NCBI RefSeq assembly: GCF_030532325.1
Contig: NZ_JAUNLS010000004.1
Coordinates: 19,902-83,901 of the forward strand
DNA from: Corynebacterium sp.
GTDB taxonomy: Bacteria > Actinomycetota > Actinomycetes > Mycobacteriales > Mycobacteriaceae
Direction: 5' to 3'
Length of the DNA stretch: 64,000 bases
Within the stretch, counting starts at the first letter, position 1. The number at the start of each line of letters is the position of its first letter. The notes under the pieces are model-generated. The model was not told where the DNA came from. It saw only the letters and a list, made by a program, of their open reading frames with translations, and did no database searches. Shown in pieces: positions 36,553-46,914 of this stretch. Made by a program: the position numbers and the translations under genes.

Positions 36553-39105
36553 CTAGTATTCAATCCTGAGCTCACGCAGACGAACCTCGCCTGCGGCGTC
36601 GGAAGCATCCAGATCCACGGTACCTACGAATTGATATGCGCAGTCATCCTGCGGATCCTTGATGAGCTGGCGCACAGTCCACAGCCGGCTGTCTTTGTCG
36701 GTGACGCGGAAATACTCAGGTCCGCGGGCTGCGGGGCCGGAGTCGATGTCGTCGTAGTCCGCAAAGTAGTCGTCGAGGATAGCCCCAAAATCGGGGACCT
36801 CGTCGAGGTAGTCCAGGATCTCCGCCAGCCGCTCCTCCTTCTCTAGGGCAAAGAGCTGAACGAGGCGGAAGAAGTAGTTGCGCACCATGATGCTGAAGGC
36901 GCGGCGGTTGGCCGTGAGCGCGGTGGGATCCTCCACGCCGAAGGCCAGCTCCCGGTCCAGGGTCTCCTGGGAGATGGGGGAGTCCTCCCCGGCCATCTCG
37001 GCCCACTCGTCGACGAGCGAGGAATCGACCTGCCGGATGAGCTCGCCCAGCCACTCGATGACGTCCTCCAGCTCCTCGGTGAGATATTCCGCGGGCACGG
37101 ACTGCTTGAGCGTGCGCCAGGCGTCGGTGAGATAGCGCAGGACCACGCCCTCTGAGCGCGCGATGCCGTAGGTGGCAATGAGATCGGAGAAGGTCATGGC
37201 GTTTTCCAGCATGTCGCGCACCACGGACTTGGGGCGCAGCTCAAACTCCTTGGCCCAGGGGTTGCCCTCGCAGAAGGTGTCGTAGGCCTGCTCCAGCAGC
37301 TCCTCCAGGGGTTTGGGCCAGGTGATGTCCTCGACGATGGCCATGCGCTCGGTATAGTCCACGCCCTCGGCCTTGAGCGCGGCGATCTCCTCGCCGCGGC
37401 GCTGCTTCTGCTGCGCGATGAGCACCTGGCGGGGATCATCAAGAATGGACTCGAAGACGGAGATGACATCGAGGTGGAAGGTGGGGGATTCTGGGTCGAG
37501 AAGCGTGAGCGCGGCCAGCGCGAAGGGCCCCAGGGGCTGGTTGAGGGCGAAGTCCCGCGGCAGCTCACGCACCAAATGATAGGGGCGACCGTAGATGTCG
37601 AGCCCCTTGGTGGATTTCTGCACCACTCCGGAGTTGAGCAGGCCGCGGAAAAGATCCAGAGCGGTGAGGATGTCCTGGTTCTGCTTGGCGCGGGTGTCGT
37701 GGTTGGTGCGCAGCAGGTGCTTCATGTGCTCGTAGCCGTTGCCGTGGCGGGCCAGCACGTTGAGCAACATGGAATTGGAGACCCGGAACTGGGAGGTGAG
37801 CTGCTCCGGTTCGGCGTCGATAAGCCGGGCGTAGGTCTTCTCCGACCAGGAGACCTCGCCCTCGCGCGGGGCCTTCTTGCGCAGCTTCTTCAGGCGCGAG
37901 GGATCGTCGCCGAGGCGGCGCCGCGCCTTAGCGTTCTCGATCTCGTGCTCGGGCGCCTCGACTACGACCGTGCCCTCGGTATCGAAGCCCGCGCGGCCCG
38001 CGCGTCCGGCGATCTGGTGAAACTCGCGGGATTTGAGAATGCGGCTGCGGGTGCCGTCGTACTTGGCCAGCCCCGTTATGAGCACGGTGCGGATAGGCAC
38101 GTTGATACCCACGCCCAGGGTGTCGGTGCCGCAGATGATCCTGAGCAGGCCCTTCTGAGCCAGGCGCTCCACCAGGCGCCGGTACTTGGGCAGCATGCCC
38201 GCGTGGTGCACTCCGATGCCCTTGCGCAGCAGCTTGGAGAGATCCCTGCCGAAGGCGGTGCTAAAGCGGAAGGAACCCAGCTCCGCGGCAATAGCCTCCT
38301 TCTCGTCCTTGGTGATGATGCCGGAGAGGGAGGTCAGCGCCTGGGCGCGCTCGGAGGCCTCGCGCTGGGAGAAGTGCACCACGTAGATGGGGGCCTTGCC
38401 CGCGTGAAGGAGCTCCTCGACGGTCTCGTGCACCGCGGTAAACACGTAGGAAAAATCCAGCGGGACCGGGCGGGTGCTGCCGGCCACCAGGGAGGTGGTG
38501 CGCCCGGTGCGCTCGGTGAGATCCTTCTCCAGCCAGGAGGTATCACCCAGCGTGGCGGACATGAGAAGGAACTGCGCCTTGGGCAGCTCCAGGAGGGGAA
38601 CCTGCCAGGCCCAGCCGCGCTCAGGCTCGGAGTAGTAGTGGAACTCGTCCATGACTACTTGGTCGATGTCGGCCTCGGCGCCCTCGCGCAGCGCGATGTT
38701 GGCCACGATCTCCGCCGTGGCCGCGATGATGGGGGCGGAGCCGTTGACGGTGGCGTCGCCGGTCATCATGCCCACGTTCTCCGGGCCGAAGATCTCACAC
38801 AGGGCGAAGAACTTCTCGCTCACCAGGGCCTTGATGGGCGCGGTGTAGAAGCTGCGCTGGCCGCGGGCCAGGGCGATGAAATGGGCGGCGTTGGCCACCA
38901 TGGACTTACCGGAGCCGGTGGGGGTGGCCAGAATGACGTTATCCCCGGCCAAAATACCCAGCGAGGCCTCCTCCTGCGCCGGATAGAGGGAGATCCCGCG
39001 GGAGCGTGTCCACGCGAGGAAGGTGTCCCAGATGGCCTCGTCGACCATGGACTCGGGGACTTCGGCAAGATCGGGCAGCATCTGAGAAAGGTTCACCCCC
39101 ACCAC
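36553..39105 (-). CDS. DEAD/DEAH-box SF2 helicase with long C-terminal domain (DUF3516-type)
   Basis: Walker A ATPTGSGKS, motif II MDEFHY and motif VI HQIAGRAGRAG. The ~400-aa C-terminal extension is typical of the actinobacterial DUF3516 helicases. Start is GTG 39105 or ATG 39081. Confidence 0.85.
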   Translation of the reverse strand: MVGVNLSQMLPDLAEVPESMVDEAIWDTFLAWTRSRGISLYPAQEEASLGILAGDNVILATPTGSGKSMVANAAHFIALARGQRSFYTAPIKALVSEKFFALCEIFGPENVGMMTGDATVNGSAPIIAATAEIVANIALREGAEADIDQVVMDEFHYYSEPERGWAWQVPLLELPKAQFLLMSATLGDTSWLEKDLTERTGRTTSLVAGSTRPVPLDFSYVFTAVHETVEELLHAGKAPIYVVHFSQREASERAQALTSLSGIITKDEKEAIAAELGSFRFSTAFGRDLSKLLRKGIGVHHAGMLPKYRRLVERLAQKGLLRIICGTDTLGVGINVPIRTVLITGLAKYDGTRSRILKSREFHQIAGRAGRAGFDTEGTVVVEAPEHEIENAKARRRLGDDPSRLKKLRKKAPREGEVSWSEKTYARLIDAEPEQLTSQFRVSNSMLLNVLARHGNGYEHMKHLLRTNHDTRAKQNQDILTALDLFRGLLNSGVVQKSTKGLDIYGRPYHLVRELPRDFALNQPLGPFALAALTLLDPESPTFHLDVISVFESILDDPRQVLIAQQKQRRGEEIAALKAEGVDYTERMAIVEDITWPKPLEELLEQAYDTFCEGNPWAKEFELRPKSVVRDMLENAMTFSDLIATYGIARSEGVVLRYLTDAWRTLKQSVPAEYLTEELEDVIEWLGELIRQVDSSLVDEWAEMAGEDSPISQETLDRELAFGVEDPTALTANRRAFSIMVRNYFFRLVQLFALEKEERLAEILDYLDEVPDFGAILDDYFADYDDIDSGPAARGPEYFRVTDKDSRLWTVRQLIKDPQDDCAYQFVGTVDLDASDAAGEVRLRELRIEY

Positions 39106-39170
39106 ATTAGGTGATGGGGGTAAGCGGCGGTCAGTGCCGGGGCTGGGACCTCAGCTTCAGCGTGGTCTTG

Positions 39171-39202
39171 GACGTCGGTTGCGACGTCGGCTTAGACGTC
39201 GT
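39171..39202. repeat. Three GACGTCG motifs at 12-bp spacing
   Basis: GACGTCGGTTGC GACGTCGGCTTA GACGTCGT, spanning the PAC2 stop codon and the spacer before the helicase gene. Confidence 0.7.
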
Positions 39203-40217
39203 CGCCGTCACCGTGGTCAGGGTTATCTTCGTTATCTTCACCGAAGTTGTCCTCGCGGTCATCGATCTCCTCGTTGAGGATCGAGGGATCGTCGCCCAGC
39301 TGAGCCAAAAAGGCCTCGAAGTCGGCGCCGATCTCCTCGCCGGTGGGCACGTGCTCCTCGCCCGGCATGATGGCCTGCGGGTGCTCGGTGCGGTAGCGCT
39401 CCATGTAGGCGTCAAACTGTTCCTCGAGCTGGTGCACCACGCCGGCGATCTCCTCGGAGCTATCCACCTGCTCCTGCAGCTGCTGGCCCACGCGGGCCAC
39501 ATCCGCCTCGACGCCGCCCAGCGGGATGTTCAAACGCGCGGCGGAGGCCACAGAATCAAGCAGGCGCAGGGTCGCGGAAGGATAGGAAGAAGCCGCCAGG
39601 TAATGCGGCACGTGCGCGGTGTAGCCGACGACGTTGCGGCCCTTCTTATCCAGGGCCTTTTCGATGAACAGGGCCGCCGAACCCGGCACCATCATCTTGG
39701 AATCCAGGCGCACCATGCGGCCCACCAGATCCGTGGAGTTGCCGTGCGCGGTAACCACCGTGGGGCGGGTGTGCGGCACGGGCATCGGCGCAGAGTAGAG
39801 CATGATGGTGTTCGTCACGTCGTACTTCTCCACCAAGTTGACCACGGCCTCGGTAAAGGCCTCCCAGCGCAGATCCGGCTCCGGGCCGGACAGCAGGAGG
39901 AAGGGCTTGCCGGAGTTATCCCGCAGCACCTTGATGCCCAGCTCCGTGTTTTCGATGTCGACGGTGCGGTCGTGGTCAATGGTGACGGCGGGGCGGCGCG
40001 AGCGATAGTCAATGAGCTCGTCGTTGTTGAAGGACGCAAGCTGGCGGTTCTCCAGTGCGGCCTTGAGATAATCGGCAGTTGATTCAACGGCTTGCCCGGC
40101 GTCGGCGTAGCCGTGCATGGCGACGATCATGGTGGGACCGCCGCCCTCGGTGGAATCATCCTTGACTACCGGAGCCGGGTATTCCAGCTCGTACATGCGG
40201 CCTTGTTCTTCCGACAT
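39192..40217 (-). CDS. PAC2 (proteasome assembly chaperone 2-like) family protein
   Basis: MIVAMHGYADAGQAV...FLLLSGPEPDLRWEAF...APMPVPHTRP is the pattern of actinobacterial PAC2 proteins. Acidic C-terminal tail. Confidence 0.85.
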   Translation of the reverse strand: MSEEQGRMYELEYPAPVVKDDSTEGGGPTMIVAMHGYADAGQAVESTADYLKAALENRQLASFNNDELIDYRSRRPAVTIDHDRTVDIENTELGIKVLRDNSGKPFLLLSGPEPDLRWEAFTEAVVNLVEKYDVTNTIMLYSAPMPVPHTRPTVVTAHGNSTDLVGRMVRLDSKMMVPGSAALFIEKALDKKGRNVVGYTAHVPHYLAASSYPSATLRLLDSVASAARLNIPLGGVEADVARVGQQLQEQVDSSEEIAGVVHQLEEQFDAYMERYRTEHPQAIMPGEEHVPTGEEIGADFEAFLAQLGDDPSILNEEIDDREDNFGEDNEDNPDHGDGDDV

Positions 40218-40465
40218 GTGATTCCTCCTTCATCTTCTTCAGCTCTTCAGCCCAGCGCAGTCAGTGTGACTCAGCGCGAGCGCCTGGCACGCAGTGGTAC
40301 CTCAAAGCAGGCGGTCTAGCACTCTCAGCACTGCTGGGTGGCCTCCCCGCCGGTGTTATTGGCCACAACGCTATGCCGCGGCACAATATTCCGGCGCCTA
40401 CTGGTTTAGTGGTTTATCAAGTATGCCGGATCTCAGGGCCGTTAGCTACCTGCCACGGCGCCCAC

Positions 40466-40514
40466 CTGTGGATAACTCGGGCTGTGTGCCTACCGCGGGC
40501 GAAGTTATCCACAG
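40466..40514. promoter_or_regulatory. 12-bp perfect inverted repeat carrying two perfect DnaA boxes
   Basis: CTGTGGATAACT (40466-40477) and AGTTATCCACAG (40503-40514) are separated by 25 nt. Each arm contains TTATCCACA/TGTGGATAA. Confidence 0.5.
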
Positions 40515-40577
40515 ATTGGGCGCGGAGGAAGAATTGACCCTAGCCGGGCCTTGCGTGGCTGGCTGAAGCTTAGAGCC

Positions 40578-41822
40578 ATGAGCAAACACACAGCGCCTTC
40601 GAGCGAGACACAGTCCACCCCGCCCATTTCGACCCCCGGCCACCTGCTGGCCAATATCCCCGGAATCCTTGGCTTTTATCCCACCGAATCCGTGGTCTTC
40701 ATGGCCCTGGATGCCACCCCGCGTGGTACAGCCATCGGCCCGCTGGTGCGCATCGACCTGAAAGACGCCCACGGCTCCGTCCCACCCATGATGGCAGAGG
40801 CCCTGCGCAACTGCGCCGAGGGGGTGTTCGCCTTCGTCATTACGCAAGGCTTGACCGCGGCCCTCGAGCGCACTGCTGAGTGGCTCTACGGCCTCGACGC
40901 AGACACTGACGGCCTCGAGGTGGACGCCGCCTGGTGGGCAGAAAGCATTGCCCAAGGCGAGCCCTACCAGCTTCTGCACGGCGTGGTCAGCCCCGAGGGC
41001 GAAGGCCCGATGAAGAACTGGGTATCCGGCACGGTGGCGGCGCTGACCTCAGCGCCGTCCATGCTGCGCTGCGTGGACCGCAACGTCTTGCCCTCCCTAA
41101 GCCGCAGCGAGCACTTCAGCATCTTCGAGCGCCGCAACCCACACGTCAGCGTCGAGGAAGCCGCGGCGCTCGCCCGTGCCGCACGCACTCGGGCGCATGA
41201 CCTCCGCGCGCTGGTGGACGAGGCCCGCCCGCGCCTGCGCAACGCCGCGGACAAAGAAGTAACCCATAAAACAACTACAGGCGGGGCATCAGCAGAGGAA
41301 ACCACAAGAGAAACCGCCCAAGAACGCAAGGAACGCATCCTACAGGACTTCCTAGCGGATGTGCAGTGGTGGATTTCCCGCAGCGGCGAGCTCGGGGAGG
41401 TGCTGGCTGAGGAGGAACTGCTCAGCGAGTGCGCCATGTGGCTATCCACGACGTGGACGCGGGACCTCGTGATCGAGGAATTCGTCGAAGCAGGGGAGCA
41501 GGGGGCGAGCCTGCTGCTGGCGGCCGTGCGCACCTTCGGCGGGACCATACGCGCCAATGCGCTCTGCCTCTTCGCCGTGGTGCAACTGGACAGCGACTGG
41601 GACATCTTTGCCGGGCCGGCCCTGCGCACCGCCGCCGAGGAATTCCCAGAGCACCGGCTCGCCAGCCTGCTCGTGCGCGCCTATCACGCGGGCCTCGGGG
41701 CGGAGATTCGCACCATCGTGCGCTCCGGTGGCGAGCTCGCTCGCAAGGCCGCGGTGGAAGGAACTTCTTCGCGCTGCTCTAGCGGTGAGCCGAATGAGCT
41801 TTATCGCCGAGCTGCCGGGTAA
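40578..41822 (+). CDS. DUF4192-family protein (Rv2712c-like)
   Basis: Inner ATG at 40578. N-terminal [25 protein letters not shown] is the hallmark of DUF4192. Lies next to dtxR/sigB as in mycobacteria. Confidence 0.8.
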   Translation: MSKHTAPSSETQSTPPISTPGHLLANIPGILGFYPTESVVFMALDATPRGTAIGPLVRIDLKDAHGSVPPMMAEALRNCAEGVFAFVITQGLTAALERTAEWLYGLDADTDGLEVDAAWWAESIAQGEPYQLLHGVVSPEGEGPMKNWVSGTVAALTSAPSMLRCVDRNVLPSLSRSEHFSIFERRNPHVSVEEAAALARAARTRAHDLRALVDEARPRLRNAADKEVTHKTTTGGASAEETTRETAQERKERILQDFLADVQWWISRSGELGEVLAEEELLSECAMWLSTTWTRDLVIEEFVEAGEQGASLLLAAVRTFGGTIRANALCLFAVVQLDSDWDIFAGPALRTAAEEFPEHRLASLLVRAYHAGLGAEIRTIVRSGGELARKAAVEGTSSRCSSGEPNELYRRAAG

Positions 41823-42762
41823 ATGCCCAGGCGTCCTCGACGATGGTATCGAGATCCGTGCGGGTGGGGTTCCACCCCAGCTCGGCTTTGATCTTCTCGG
41901 AGGAAGCGACCAGGGTGGCCGGGTCGCCGGCGCGCCGGGGCGCTAGCTCCGCGGGGATCGGGTGGCCGGTGACCTTGCGGCAGGCCTCGATGACCTGCTT
42001 GACCGAGTAGCCATCGCCGCTGCCCAGGTTGTAGATGCGGTGCGTGCCCTCGGTGTTGGTGTTCAGGGCGAGCACGTGGGCGTCGGCAAGATCTCGGATG
42101 TGGATGTAATCGCGCACCGCGGTGCCGTCCGGGGTGGGGTAATCATCGCCGAAGATGAAGATCTTCTCGCGGTGGCCTAGCGCAACCTGCAACACCAGGG
42201 GAATGAGGTGAGTCTCGATCTCGCGGTTCTCGCCGATGCTGCCGTAGGCGCCAGCCACGTTGAAGTAGCGCAGGGAGGTCGCGCCCAAGCCGTAGGCCTT
42301 AGCAAACGAGGTGATCATGTAGTCGATGGCCAGCTTGGAGGCGCCATAGGGGTTAGTGGGCTGGGTGGGCATGTCCTCGGTGATCGGAACCGTCTTCGGC
42401 TCACCGTAGGTGGCCGCGGTGGAGGAGAACACCAAGTTCTTCACGCCGTTGGCCCGCATGGCGTTGAGCAGCGTGAGCGTGGTGACCACGTTGTGCTGCC
42501 AGTACTCCGCGGGAATCTCCACGGACTCGCCCACCAGGGAGCGGGCCGCAAAGTGCACGACTCCCTCGAAGCCGCCCTCAGCCAGGACGTCCCCGACGAC
42601 CTCCGCGACATCACCCTCCACCAAACGTGCGCCCTCGGGCACGGCGTAGCGGTTGCCGGTAGAGAAGCTATCAATGACGGTGACGTTGTGGCCCTGCTCA
42701 ATGAGCACTGCGGCACACACGCTGCCGACGTATCCTGCGCCTCCGGTTACCAGAAGCTTCAT
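41779..42762 (-). CDS. galE: UDP-glucose 4-epimerase GalE
   Basis: Rossmann TGGAGYVGS and catalytic YGASKL. The start abuts the dtxR stop. Confidence 0.95.
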   Translation of the reverse strand: MKLLVTGGAGYVGSVCAAVLIEQGHNVTVIDSFSTGNRYAVPEGARLVEGDVAEVVGDVLAEGGFEGVVHFAARSLVGESVEIPAEYWQHNVVTTLTLLNAMRANGVKNLVFSSTAATYGEPKTVPITEDMPTQPTNPYGASKLAIDYMITSFAKAYGLGATSLRYFNVAGAYGSIGENREIETHLIPLVLQVALGHREKIFIFGDDYPTPDGTAVRDYIHIRDLADAHVLALNTNTEGTHRIYNLGSGDGYSVKQVIEACRKVTGHPIPAELAPRRAGDPATLVASSEKIKAELGWNPTRTDLDTIVEDAWAFTRQLGDKAHSAHR

Positions 42763-43443
42763 TTACTTCACCTCCACGCGAACAGCGTGGGCGAGCTCGT
42801 CGATGAGCTCAACGCTCGCGCCGTTCTCAGTTGTTAATGTGATGGAACCATTGTTGTTGACCACGGTCACCGGGCTGCCCACCACGAGGCCTGCGTCGTG
42901 CATCTCGCGGAAGGTCTGCGAGTCCACCTGCAGGATCTCATTGAGCTGAACGATGACCGCGTGAGTTTCTTCGCCGTGCGGCAGGTCGATAGCGCGGGTG
43001 CCTAAGTCGATCTCCTTGTGCTTGACTCCCAACTGGCTCAAGCCCGGAATCGGGTTGCCAAAGGGGGAGCGGGTGGGATCCTCCACGACGGCGACGACGC
43101 GCCTTTCCACATCCTCGCTCATAACGTGCTCCCAGCGGCAGGCCTCATCGTGGACCTGGTGGATGTCCAGCCCGAGGACGTCGGTGAGCAGGCGCTCCGC
43201 CAGACGGTGCTTGCGCATTACGCTGGTAGCCAGCTCGCGGCCCTGCGCGGTGAGATCCAGGCTGCGGTCAGTACGCACGTGCAGTAATCCATCGCGCTCC
43301 ATGCGGGCGACGGTCTGGGAGACCGTCGGGCCCGATTGCTCCAGGCGCTCGGCGATGCGCGCGCGCAGGGGAGTAATGCCCTCTTCCTCGAGCTCGTAGA
43401 TGGTGCGCAGATACATTTCCGTGGTATCGACCAGGTCTCTCAC
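42763..43443 (-). CDS. dtxR: Iron-dependent repressor DtxR
   Basis: GTG at 43441-43443 gives (M)[53 protein letters not shown]. This is near-identical to the C. diphtheriae DtxR N-terminus. 226 aa. Confidence 0.96.
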   Translation of the reverse strand: MRDLVDTTEMYLRTIYELEEEGITPLRARIAERLEQSGPTVSQTVARMERDGLLHVRTDRSLDLTAQGRELATSVMRKHRLAERLLTDVLGLDIHQVHDEACRWEHVMSEDVERRVVAVVEDPTRSPFGNPIPGLSQLGVKHKEIDLGTRAIDLPHGEETHAVIVQLNEILQVDSQTFREMHDAGLVVGSPVTVVNNNGSITLTTENGASVELIDELAHAVRVEVK

Positions 43444-43684
43444 GTCATTGGCCTTTCTGCATCGTGGCGGCGGCGCCGGTGCCTTGAACACCTATATAAG
43501 CGCAGGCGCTGTAATAGCGATGGATTCAAAGAATAACTTAAACAATAGCCTACAGCTTCGGCACTCAGTTCGAGCTTAGTCCGGGCTGCCGGGCGGGTGC
43601 TAGGTGGTGCGAACGCCAGCGACCCCAGGAGAGTCTTTCTCCCCTAGGGTCGGGCAAGTGTAGTGGTGTTTGAAAGCGTGCGCG

Positions 43685-44692
43685 CTAGAGTGCGTACTCG
43701 CGCAGGCGGTCAGCACGGTTGCCGTCGCGCAGCTTGGCCATGACTTCGCGCTCGATCTGGCGCACGCGCTCGCGAGACAGGCCGAACTTGCGGCCAATCT
43801 GGTCGAGGGTGCGTGGCACGCCGTCATCGAGGCCGTAGCGCAGGCGGATGACGTCCTGCTCGCGCTGTTCCAGAGTGGCAATCACGGAGCGGATATCCGA
43901 GTGGCGCATGGAGGCAACGACGGCGGTTTCGGCATCGGTGGCCTCGGCGTCCTCGATAAAGTCACCCAGCGGGGCCTCCTCATCGGTGCCCACCGGCATG
44001 TCCAGGGAGACGGGATCGCGAGACTGACGCAGCAGCATCTCGATCTTGGACTCCTCGATGCCGGACTCCTCCGCCAGCTCCTCGTTAGTGGCCTCGCGGC
44101 CCAGGGACTGGTACATCTCACGCTTGATGCGGGAGAGCTTGTTGACCTGCTCCACCAGGTGGACGGGTAGGCGGATGGTGCGGGACTGATCCGCCATGCC
44201 GCGGGTGATGGCCTGGCGGATCCACCAGGTGGCGTAGGTGGAGAACTTGAAGCCCTTGGCATAATCGAACTTCTCCATGGCGCGGATGAGGCCGAGGTTG
44301 CCCTCCTGGATGAGATCCAGCAGCGGCATGCCGCGGCCGGTGTAGCGCTTGGCCAGCGAGACAACCAGGCGGAGGTTGGCCTCCAGCAGGTGGGAGCGGG
44401 CCTTCTTGCCCTCGCGGGCCAGGATCTTGAGGTCGCGCTTCTCAGCGCGGGTGAGCTTCTCCGCGTTATTCAGCTTGTACTCTGCGTAGAGGCCGACCTC
44501 GATGCGCTGTGCGAGTTCCACCTCATCCTCGGCGCTGAGCAAGGCCGTCTTGCCGATGCCGTTGAGATAGACACGCACGAGATCAGCGGAAGGATTGTCA
44601 TTCGTTTGATTGCGGCGCGAGCCGCGGTCAACATCCTGATCGTCGGCGAAGGTATCAGAGTTAGAAGCGTTGCTGGCGGATGAAGCGGTCAT
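43685..44692 (-). CDS. sigB: RNA polymerase sigma factor SigB (group 2)
   Basis: Regions 1.2-4.2 are present ([37 protein letters not shown]). Short N-terminus. Lies next to dtxR. Confidence 0.95.
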   Translation of the reverse strand: MTASSASNASNSDTFADDQDVDRGSRRNQTNDNPSADLVRVYLNGIGKTALLSAEDEVELAQRIEVGLYAEYKLNNAEKLTRAEKRDLKILAREGKKARSHLLEANLRLVVSLAKRYTGRGMPLLDLIQEGNLGLIRAMEKFDYAKGFKFSTYATWWIRQAITRGMADQSRTIRLPVHLVEQVNKLSRIKREMYQSLGREATNEELAEESGIEESKIEMLLRQSRDPVSLDMPVGTDEEAPLGDFIEDAEATDAETAVVASMRHSDIRSVIATLEQREQDVIRLRYGLDDGVPRTLDQIGRKFGLSRERVRQIEREVMAKLRDGNRADRLREYAL

Positions 44693-44729
44693 CTCTTGCC
44701 TCCTAGATTGCTGCCTGTTTCACCCCGTA

Positions 44730-44756
44730 CAACGGCGGGGGCTGAGAAAAAGTTCC
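44730..44756 (-). promoter_or_regulatory. ECF (SigH/SigE-type) promoter candidate for sigB
   Basis: The minus strand reads GGGAAC-N17-CGTT (-35 at 44751-44756, -10 at 44730-44733), about 40 nt upstream of the sigB start. Confidence 0.4.
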
Positions 44757-44833
44757 CGCGCTGAAAAAACTTTTTCTCACCTGCGCGTTTTCCCGTTTCG
44801 ACGTGGCTTGGCAGCGGCACTGAGATTTATGGC

Positions 44834-45286
44834 CTAGGCCTCTACCAGGACGGTAAAGGGGCCCTCGTTGACGGAGGCCACGCGCATCATTGCGCCGAAG
44901 CGGCCCTCTTCCACGCTGATGCCGCGCTTGCGCAGGCGCTTGACGACGCCCGCAATGACCGGCTGGGCCTGCTCGCCCGGCGCTGCGTCTGACCACGAGG
45001 GGCGGCGGCCTTTGGCGGTGCGCCCGTAGAGGGTGAACTGGCTAACCACGAGGACAGGAGCGCCGGCGTCCACCACGGAGGTCTCGCCCTCGAGGATGCG
45101 CAGCTCCGCGATCTTGCGCGCCATGGTGTCCATGCGGGCGTTGAGCTCGGCCTCCTCAGCGACGTCCTCGCGCGAGACCCCCACCAGGGCAAGAATGCCG
45201 CCGGTGTCCGGGCAGTCGATGCTGCCCACGACCTCACCGTCGACGGTGACGGAGGCTTGGGATACTCGGGTGAGAACGGCGCGCAT
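44834..45286 (-). CDS. dtd: D-aminoacyl-tRNA deacylase
   Basis: [17 protein letters not shown]...SQFTLYG...GRFGAMM...NEGPFT; 150 aa. Confidence 0.95.
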   Translation of the reverse strand: MRAVLTRVSQASVTVDGEVVGSIDCPDTGGILALVGVSREDVAEEAELNARMDTMARKIAELRILEGETSVVDAGAPVLVVSQFTLYGRTAKGRRPSWSDAAPGEQAQPVIAGVVKRLRKRGISVEEGRFGAMMRVASVNEGPFTVLVEA

Positions 45287-45342
45287 GGGAAGGTTCCTTT
45301 CTGCGTGTCAGTGCTGGGGTCTGCGTGTGGGGACGAGGGTTT

Positions 45343-46914
45343 CTAGCTGCTGGTGCTAAAGGCCACCAGCTCGGCGGGCAGCAGCATGCCGTGGCGGATG
45401 AGATCCACGACGGCCGGCAGGGCTGCCTCAACGAGGGCGTTTTCGTCGAATCCCTGGGCCGCGGCGTAGAGCTCGATGGTCTCGCCCAAGGTCAAGCCCT
45501 GGGGGTTGAGGCCTGCCACGATCGCGCTGAGGTGCTCGTCCACGTCGTGCTGCCAGCGCGGCCCATCCGTGCGGGTCAGGCGCAGGGCGGCGCGCTCAAA
45601 GCCCATGCCCAGCTCCGCGTTGGGCAGGCTGACATCCTCGCGTGCCAGGCCCGGGCGCACCTGGAAGCGCGTGGCCTCCAGCTCGCCGGGAACGAGGTTG
45701 CGCAGCCACTGGGTGCGAGCGAAGTACTCCTCCACCTCGGGGCCCAGGGGATCGGTGAAGTGCTGCGGCATCTCCTCAGCAAGCACATCGGAAGGCTCGT
45801 CATCCCCGATGCGCTGCACGGCGACGAAGCCGAAGCCGATTCCGGTGACGTCGTTGTCCTCGAAGTGCTCCAGCCACAGCCGGGAGCGCTCGCGGCCCTC
45901 GGGGCTGCGCACGTCGATGGACTCGTCCTTGAGCCAGGTGGAGACGTAGAGCGCGGGATCGGCCACATCGCGCTGAATTACCCAGGCGCTCACGCCCGTC
46001 GGCGGCAGCCAGGAGGCCACCCGCTGCTGCCAGGGAATATCGCCCTGGTGCACCCAGGCCGCCAGCAGGTGTGCGGTGCCGCCCGGGTTGAGGTGCTCCA
46101 CCGCCTGGGAGACCACCAGCTCGCTCGCGCCATCCAGGTTGAGCCCGGAATCGCGGTAGACGTGGCCGACCTCCGGCAGGCCCACCACGAAGGGCGGGTT
46201 GGCCACAATGCGGTCAAAGCGCTGGCCCTCCACCGGCTCAAACCAGGAACCCTGGCGCAGCTCCACCTTGTCCTGTGCTCCCGCGGCGGCCACCGTGGCC
46301 CGCGCTAGCTCCAGCGCGCGCGGGTGGACGTCGGTGGCGGTAATCGAGTTCGCGCTGTCGAGCTGCCCCAGCAGCTGCACGCCCGAGCCCGTGCCCAGGT
46401 CCAGCACGCTATCCACCGGGGTGGTGGGGGTGGACTGCAACAGTGAGAGGCTCGCCGCGCCCACGCCGAGGACGTGCTCGGGGCCGGGGACGTGATCCAC
46501 CAGGGAGGCGTCCACGTCTGAAAACACCAGGCGGTTGGTGCCGACGATAACGTGCGGCAGGATGTCGTAGGCAATGTGGACCCTGCCGTGGGAGTTGTGC
46601 TGGGCCACGCCGGCATCGATGAGCTTGGTGGCCAGGCGCGCCCCGAGGACGTCGGAAAGCTCCGTGGCGGGCACCGGCTCGTGGAGGATGAACAGGCGGA
46701 TGAGCTTATCCATCTCGCCTTCGCCGCGGGTGCCCAAGACCACGGCGGCGGGCTCGCCGCGGTGCCAAGCATCGGCGGCATCAGGCCCCAAATGGCCCGC
46801 GATGCCATCGGCGCTAAAGCCGGCGCGCGTGAAGAACTCAGCGAGCTCAGCGGCGATGTCCGCGATGGCGAACTCCGGGTTCATCTCAGGGCCAAAGGAA
46901 AAGTCACTGCTCAT
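45343..46914 (-). CDS. Class I SAM-dependent methyltransferase (NPPF-type, HemK/PrmC-like catalytic domain)
   Basis: Inner ATG at 46912-46914 (MSSDFSFGPEMNPEF...). SAM motif VLDLGTGSGV and catalytic IVANPPFV. Confidence 0.8.
   Translation of the reverse strand: MSSDFSFGPEMNPEFAIADIAAELAEFFTRAGFSADGIAGHLGPDAADAWHRGEPAAVVLGTRGEGEMDKLIRLFILHEPVPATELSDVLGARLATKLIDAGVAQHNSHGRVHIAYDILPHVIVGTNRLVFSDVDASLVDHVPGPEHVLGVGAASLSLLQSTPTTPVDSVLDLGTGSGVQLLGQLDSANSITATDVHPRALELARATVAAAGAQDKVELRQGSWFEPVEGQRFDRIVANPPFVVGLPEVGHVYRDSGLNLDGASELVVSQAVEHLNPGGTAHLLAAWVHQGDIPWQQRVASWLPPTGVSAWVIQRDVADPALYVSTWLKDESIDVRSPEGRERSRLWLEHFEDNDVTGIGFGFVAVQRIGDDEPSDVLAEEMPQHFTDPLGPEVEEYFARTQWLRNLVPGELEATRFQVRPGLAREDVSLPNAELGMGFERAALRLTRTDGPRWQHDVDEHLSAIVAGLNPQGLTLGETIELYAAAQGFDENALVEAALPAVVDLIRHGMLLPAELVAFSTSS

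Noticed and set aside
40294-40566. 90-aa ORF in the PAC2/DUF4192 intergenic region
   Set aside because: It has no RBS, an odd composition, and spans the DnaA-box inverted repeat. There is no support for coding.
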